This document shows positions 57,194 through 64,000 of a DNA stretch of 64,000 nucleotides, piece by piece. Location of the stretch: assembly GCA_951406725.2 (NCBI GenBank), contig OX597836.1, positions 1,798,001 through 1,862,000 of the forward strand. The letters are read 5' to 3'. This stretch comes from Octopus vulgaris. Lineage: Eukaryota. How positions within the stretch are numbered: position 1 is the stretch's first letter; each line of letters opens with the position of its first letter. The notes under the pieces are model-generated. The model had not been told where the DNA came from and made no database searches. It saw only the letters and a program-made list of their open reading frames with translations. The position numbers were made by a program, and so were the translations under genes.

Positions 57194-57368
57194 AACCAAT
57201 AGTGTTGGTTTGTTTACGTCGCCTAACTTAGTGATTTGGCAAAAGAGTCGATGGAATAAAGGCTGGAGAGAAACTCTAACGAGCGCTATCGATTTGCTTG
57301 ACTAAACTCTTCCAGGCATTCCACCACCAGCATGGCCACGGTCCAATGACTGCAAAAGAGATATAAAT
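57194..57368 (+). mobile_element. SINE family B, 3' half
   Basis: tgtttacgtcgcctaacttagtgatttggcaaaagagtcgat...tcgatttgcttgactaaa...ccagcatggccacggtccaatgactg. Confidence 0.8.
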
Positions 57369-57914
57369 ATACCTGTGTGTGTGTTTGCATGTACATATGC
57401 ATATTTATATACACACACATAGAAACACATCCACTTAAGCATACACACACCTACGGAAAACAAATGCCTACTCCCTGTCTCTGTTTCTCTCTCTCTCTCT
57501 GTTTCTCTCTCTCTGTCTCTCTCTGTGTGTCTCTGTCTCTCTGTCTCTCTGTCTCTCTCTTTCTCTCTCTCTGTGCCTCTTTCGCCCTGCATCTATCAAT
57601 ACCCATCAATATACAGTAGGAAAGGTACTTTGCTTATATATCAGTCAGCCAGCGGGAAAGTTCGCCAGCCATCCAACCAGCCTTTCAGGTAAACTCCCAC
57701 CACCTCCTATATTTCACTGCCAACCCTTCTTCTCTCTCTCTCTCCACACTCTGTCTGTCTCTCTCTCCACACTCTGTCTGTCTCTCTCTCCATTTCTTTC
57801 TTTCACTGTAGCTTCAAACTTCTTCCGTCTGCTCTTAACTTCATCTTATCAACTTTCAAAGCTTTGCCAACAGTCTCGTTCAAATCCTTACTTGATCACT
57901 TTTTCTCTCCTGCA

Positions 57915-57976
<62 letters not shown>

Positions 57977-58133
57977 TTACCGCTACCGTTTCTCCCCGCT
58001 CCATCTTTCTGAGTCTCTCAGTTTCTTTCGATAAGTCGGCCACCCCCCCATTCTTCAATACGCTTTTACTCTTTCCTACACTCACCCTCAATCTCCCAAC
58101 CCCTTCGCAATAATTTCCTCCGAAACATCCAGT

Positions 58134-58205
<72 letters not shown>

Positions 58206-58422
58206 ATTTGTCTTTTCTTCAGTATCTCATTTCCTCCATCTCTTCCCCCCCTCTCACTCACTCTTTCCCCTCTAACATTCCTTTCATAATCCCAATTTCA
58301 TTGATATGCTCTCCTTGTCTCCCCATCTTATGCACTCGTCAGACAGAACTTCTCCCACTGACGGAACTCCAATCACTCAACTGATATTACAGCCATTTAA
58401 ATCCTTTACAGTATAACTCCTT

Positions 58423-58541
58423 CTTTGTCCCCTCTGTGGGCAATAAAGAGATAAATATATTCTAATTAAAAAGGCGGCGAGCTGGCAGAAACGTTAGCAC
58501 GCCGGGCGAAATGCGTAGCCGTTTTTCATCTACCGTTACGT
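58423..58541 (+). mobile_element. SINE family A tail remnant followed by a well-preserved head fragment
   Basis: tttgtcccctctgtgggcaataaag (tail), then aaggcggcgagctggcagaaacgttagcacgccgggcgaaatgcgtagccg (head, 58471-58541). Confidence 0.8.
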
Positions 58542-58753
58542 CATTAGAATGCGGTCATGCTGGGGCACTACCTTGAATTTTTAGTAGAAGGAATTAACTA
58601 CATAATTTATATTTTTCTTTTAAGCCAGGTACTTTTTATATTGGCCACCGTTTAACGGACCACTAGTATACGGGGACGCGAAGACTGTAGCACCGGTTGT
58701 CAAGCTGTGGTGAGGTGACAGGATACAAAGACACACACACAGATATATATATA

Positions 58754-58803
<50 letters not shown>

Positions 58804-58971
58804 CACTATAGGCTCCTTTCAGTTCCCTTCTACCAAATCTACACACAAAGCATTGTTCGGTCGACGCTTTAGTAGAAGATTCTTGCCCAAGGTGCCAAGC
58901 AGCAATGAGACTGAAACGGGAACCATGTGGTTGGAAAGCAAGGTCCTTGCCACAGAGCCACGTCTACGCCT
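58540..58971 (-). mobile_element. SINE family B, near full length
   Basis: tgcggtcatgctggggcac...ggttgtcaagc...internal (TG)n...ctttcagttcccttctaccaaatc...cttgcccaaggtgcca...ggaaccatgtggttgg. Confidence 0.88.
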
Positions 58972-59521
58972 CATACACACACACACATACACACACATAC
59001 ACACACACACATGCATATTTGGCGAGAAGGATATATGTATGTGTTTGTACATATATATATATATATATATATATGTATGCTTGTGTGTGTGTGTGTGTAG
59101 TCTTCTCCCCAAACCTCTTCCGGTATAACTTTATTCTTCTCAATATTTCCTATCCACCAGAGGCAGGTTAGCATCTCTCTCCTTGTTCAATACGGAAACG
59201 GGAAACTGATGAAAGAACCTCTTTTGATCAGAGCCCTTCCAATCAATATATTATGAAGCTATGCAACTTTACCAAAATCTCACATAAATAACCACCCTCT
59301 CTCCTGTCTTCTGATACGATTACCTCTTCATATTCCACTTTACCCACCGTTGCCTTGCAAGTACTCCGATACACCTCACCTACAATCCAATATCGCCCCT
59401 CACACTCGAGGGTTCTCTCTTCTCTTGACTCTCTTTTTTCTGTTGTTTTTTCTTTTATCAACTCGGCCATGTTTCGCTACTACACAAACATCACATACTA
59501 ATAACTAATTATATATGTATG

Positions 59522-59590
<69 letters not shown>

Positions 59591-59592
<2 letters not shown>

Positions 59593-59790
59593 TAAATGAA
59601 AGACGGATGGTAGAAATACTCGCCACAACTGTTTCGGAACATCTAGCATCGATCCCTCACGGGCGGCGGGCCGGATACTTGCAGACTGCTTCAGGTGCAT
59701 CCGACGGTGCAAATGTATCTCTGCAGGTGATAAATAGATATAATTCGTTAAAATAACATTTCCGCAATGGATCTTCTCGTTTCTCTAAAG
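59591..59790 (-). mobile_element. Short interspersed repeat with hammerhead-like core and long stem II region (copy 2)
   Basis: Minus strand gcac-CUGAAGCA-(~50 nt)-GAAACAGUUGU-ggc; same terminus as the copy at 47869. Confidence 0.6.
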
Positions 59791-60030
59791 AAAAGCAGAA
59801 AATTAACGGATGTAGCCTCATTGATATAGATGACCAAATATAAAATATTAGATGTAAAAAAAAAAAAGAAAGGAAAAACCAATACAGTGAAAAAGTATTA
59901 AGAATCTCGTCAATTTCAAGAAACCACCTGAATAAGAGGGTTACGGGAAGTGTAGGAAGTCCATGAGTGCAACTTGTAAAGGAATATATGTAGAGATATG
60001 TCTGTGTGTAAATGAACATAGAAATATAGA

Positions 60031-60745
60031 GAGGGTGGGTGGTAAGAAGCTTGCTTCCCTACGAAATGGTTCAGTGTTTAGTCTTCTTAAGTGGAAACCC
60101 CAGGAAAATATCTTCTACAAAGCCTCCGGGCAAATAAAGCTTTATGAGTGAATTTGACAGACAGACAGACACTGAAAAAAGCCTGTCGTATAAATGTTAC
60201 ACATCACTGGTCACAATGCGTTCACATTGTTTTAGCCTTCGAATGACGCCACCCCGCTGGCTAAGCGAGCAGGCCAACAGAAGAAAGAGTGAGAGAAAGA
60301 GTGGTGAAGGAGAATAGCAGGGATCACCACCCCCTGCCGGGGCTCGTGGAGCACTAAGGTGTTTTCGCTCAATAAACACATACAACGCCCGGTCTGAGAA
60401 TCGAAACCGCGATCCTTCGACCTAACCACTAGGCCATTGCGCCTCCACATATGTATATATATATATGGACATATATATATATATGAGTGTCTGTGTGTGT
60501 GTATGAGTGTGTGTATGTATGTGTGTGTGTCTTACAGACTCTGTTTGTCAACCCACATCTTGATAACCGACGTTGGTGTGTTTACGTACCCGTAATTTAG
60601 TGCTTCGGTAAAAGAGCTATAAAATTGGTACCAGCCTTTAAAACACGAGTCCTGAAGTTAATACATTCAACTAAAAGTCTTCCAAAACGGTACTCCAGCA
60701 TGGACGCAGTGTAACAGTAGAAACATGTAGCAGAGAAGGTAAAAC
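60031..60745 (+). mobile_element. SINE family B split by a nested SINE
   Basis: 5' half 60031-60190 (ggtaagaagcttgcttcc...aagcctgtcgta); 3' half 60541-60745 (cttgataaccgacgttggtgtgtttacgt...ctccagcatggacgcag). Confidence 0.82.
60194..60448 (-). mobile_element. tRNA-derived SINE family C, nested in a family B copy
   Basis: Reverse complement begins gtggaggcgcaatggcctagtggttagg (A box)...gcggtttcgattctc (B box) and ends gcattgtgaccagtgatgtgtaacat. Confidence 0.85.
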
Positions 60746-60787
60746 ATGTAATTATGTGTGTGTGTTTGTGTGAGTGTGTGTATACAT

Positions 60788-60843
<56 letters not shown>

Positions 60844-61084
60844 TCCTGTTCAAACATATCGACTTCTCACCTTTCATCGGTGAATCAGTAATCATAGTCC
60901 CGTCTGAACAGGGAACGAAGATACAAACAGAGGATAGGGGGAAACGTTAAACGGCTGCAACGTACATTGCGAAACTTATGCACACACCCACACATCTATA
61001 TATCTATTTGTCTATATCTATCTATCTATATATATATTTATATATATCTATATATCTGTATCTATCTATCTATCTATCTACTTT

Positions 61085-61202
<118 letters not shown>

Positions 61203-61228
61203 TAACAACAAAGAGAAAGTGGAAATTT

Positions 61229-61407
61229 GGGAGTTAGTAACTGTTTATTATTAACAGCAAATTAATCACCATCCTTTGCATAAATATTAAACTTATATGA
61301 CTCGGATCATATAGATTCAGTATTTATTTAATATTTACTGAGTATTGATTGAAACAGCTGTAAGGGATGATTAACTCGCTGCTAATAATAAACAATTATT
61401 AACTTCC
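61229..61407. mobile_element. Putative MITE / hairpin element with ~40-bp terminal inverted repeats
   Basis: gggagttagtaactgtttattattaacagcaaattaatca versus the reverse complement of the right end, ggaagttaataattgtttattattagcagcgagttaatca: 34/40 identical. Confidence 0.7.
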
Positions 61408-61578
61408 TAGTCTCCATTTTATTCTTCTTCTTTGATATGAATAAAAACAATGTTTTTTGTTCATATATACCTATTTTTAAGGGAATTGAATCCCCCCAAA
61501 TATAAGGTGTTGGTATTTCTATGGATGAAACGATCCCTTGATGAGGTTAACACAACTTCTAATCGAAAATATATATAA

Positions 61579-61647
<69 letters not shown>

Positions 61648-61694
61648 CATACACACTCACAGAAATATATAGTTTTCAATGTACACACACATGT

Positions 61695-61773
<79 letters not shown>

Positions 61774-62029
61774 TGTATATTGACATACATTTACACTCAG
61801 ATACCTACATCAATGCATAGACATAAATATGCGTCTGTGTACACACACATATGCACATGCTTGCATATACACACACACACACACACATAGACACTCACAA
61901 GGCCACGAGATGATATATATATATATATATATATATTCGACAGCCTTGTGTCCCTCACACCAATACACCTTATATATATATATGCATCGTAATAATCACA
62001 ACATGACTTCATACACATACTATCAAAGT

Positions 62030-62082
62030 CCATCATCATTATTATCTTCGTCATCATCAACGTCGTCATCTTCATCACTACC

Positions 62083-62113
<31 letters not shown>

Positions 62114-62150
62114 GCATCATTACCATCATCATCATTACCATCATCATTAC

Positions 62151-62183
<33 letters not shown>

Positions 62184-62234
62184 TACCATCGTCATCATCA
62201 TTATTATCATCATCATCATCAACACCACCACCAC

Positions 62235-62286
<52 letters not shown>
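62030..62286. repeat. (ATC)n/(ACC)n/(ACT)n microsatellite
   Basis: Directly visible. Confidence 0.95.
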
Positions 62287-62559
62287 AAGAACGCAACACT
62301 ATCGATGAAAATAATAAGAATAGTATAAATTTCAACACCTGCATTTAAGAAACACTTAACGTCCTCATCTTACTCTCTCTTCTTGCTCTCTCTTCCACAT
62401 TCAATAATTAACCAGACACGCACACACGCACACACACATACACACTGGTTGAGTTTTATGTATATGTGTAAATACCAACAGAAGTACATTTGCATACATC
62501 CACACAGACACAAAAACACACACGCATACACTCACTAAGCAGACGCACTCATTTGTACA

Positions 62560-62600
<41 letters not shown>

Positions 62601-62678
62601 CCACATGGGATATATTAAAATTCGGAGATAACACCTGCATTTCTTCCAGTCCCCATTCCTATACCTGTCTATCAATCA

Positions 62679-62742
<64 letters not shown>

Positions 62743-62780
62743 GTCTATCTGTCTATCTGTCTGTCTGTCTCTCTGTATTT

Positions 62781-62849
<69 letters not shown>

Positions 62850-62903
62850 TTCTACCTATCTATCAATCAATCTACCCATCCATCTACCCATCTACCCATC
62901 TAC

Positions 62904-62938
<35 letters not shown>

Positions 62939-62971
62939 CCTATCTACTATCTATCTATCTATCTATATATA

Positions 62972-63002
<31 letters not shown>

Positions 63003-63944
63003 TTAAGTACATATATATATGTTCATGCGTGTGTGTGTGTCTGTGCGTGTGTGTGTGTATTCAGAGACAGAGATATAGACTCATAGACTGGGCAGATAGA
63101 TTGGTCCCCGTTTACATATAAACATGCACAAGTGTGTTAGTGTGTGTCTGCTTGTTCCTACATTTTATATTCATATCTATGTCTGCTTACTTTTTCTACA
63201 ACCTACTCTTTACGCATACATATTTGAATAGAGACAATAATGTCTCTGCTCTATATTCATATACATTCCCACTCAGACACACGCACACACACACTATGTA
63301 TATATGTATATATATGTGTATATATCCATATATAAATAAATATATGTCAGTGTATCCATCTGCCTGTATTACTATATATTTGCATTTATGTACATATGTA
63401 TGTATATACAGAAACACACACACACACACGCATATATATATATACACATACATACATATATATATATATATATATTGCTGTCTATCCTTTGAACAACATA
63501 TATCCATATGTATACATATGTTTATATAGATATGTGTGTATACACACACACACACATTTCTATAGCGTGTGTGTGTGTGTGTGTGTGTTTACAAATATGC
63601 TTATATTTATAGATAAATATGCCTCTGTGTTGGTGTGTACGTTCTCCTAATGGCTTCCATCGGTGTTGGCTGACTACAACTGAACTTGTTTGCCAGTTTT
63701 TATAATGAAAACCTAATCGATATATCGATCTCACTTGATCTGGCTTCGTGGGTCGTATGAAAGGAGTATCCAGGGATACCAACACTTACACTATCTCACA
63801 CGTTCGCTCATACACACAAAGCAAACATCTACACACTGACGCATCTGTAACTCTTTCCACAGACACACACACACACAAACAGACTAGTGTCTTTTAAGAT
63901 CACACACTATGTAATCTGTACAGACTTAACGCACAGATTCGCAT

Positions 63945-63980
<36 letters not shown>

Positions 63981-64000
63981 CCTAGTGTCTTTTAAGATCA

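Noticed and set aside
60400-60448. tRNA gene (also the heads at 9606 and 46700)
   Set aside because: A/B boxes are present but there is no complete cloverleaf, and each continues into a SINE body.

Overview
This 64 kb window is AT-rich, eukaryotic and essentially non-coding (intergenic or deep intronic). Its repeat repertoire is typical of an octopus (coleoid cephalopod) genome; that assignment is inferred from recalled SINE/MITE families, not from a database search. Much of the window is simple sequence ((TA)n, (CA)n, (CT)n, (CTAT)n, (ACC)n, (ACT)n, (ATT)n, (GAT)n), which explains nearly all ORFs in the supplied track. Between the microsatellites lie many copies of at least five tRNA-derived SINE families (labelled A-E here), a fragmented CR1/L2-type LINE, 3' fragments of two restriction-endonuclease-type non-LTR elements (HERO-like and CRE-like), a 296 bp non-autonomous Helitron with intact termini, and several MITEs. 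No protein-coding gene could be identified; there is one weak candidate exon. The most notable signals are: (i) several sequence-distinct type-I hammerhead-ribozyme-like motifs, one with a U3-A8 compensatory core; (ii) a 385 bp locally templated insertion that splits the LINE reverse-transcriptase frame; (iii) a SINE family that carries its own internal microsatellite and attracts nested insertions; (iv) closely spaced inverted SINE pairs that could form ADAR substrates if transcribed. Coordinates were read by eye; boundaries of degenerate repeats are approximate.
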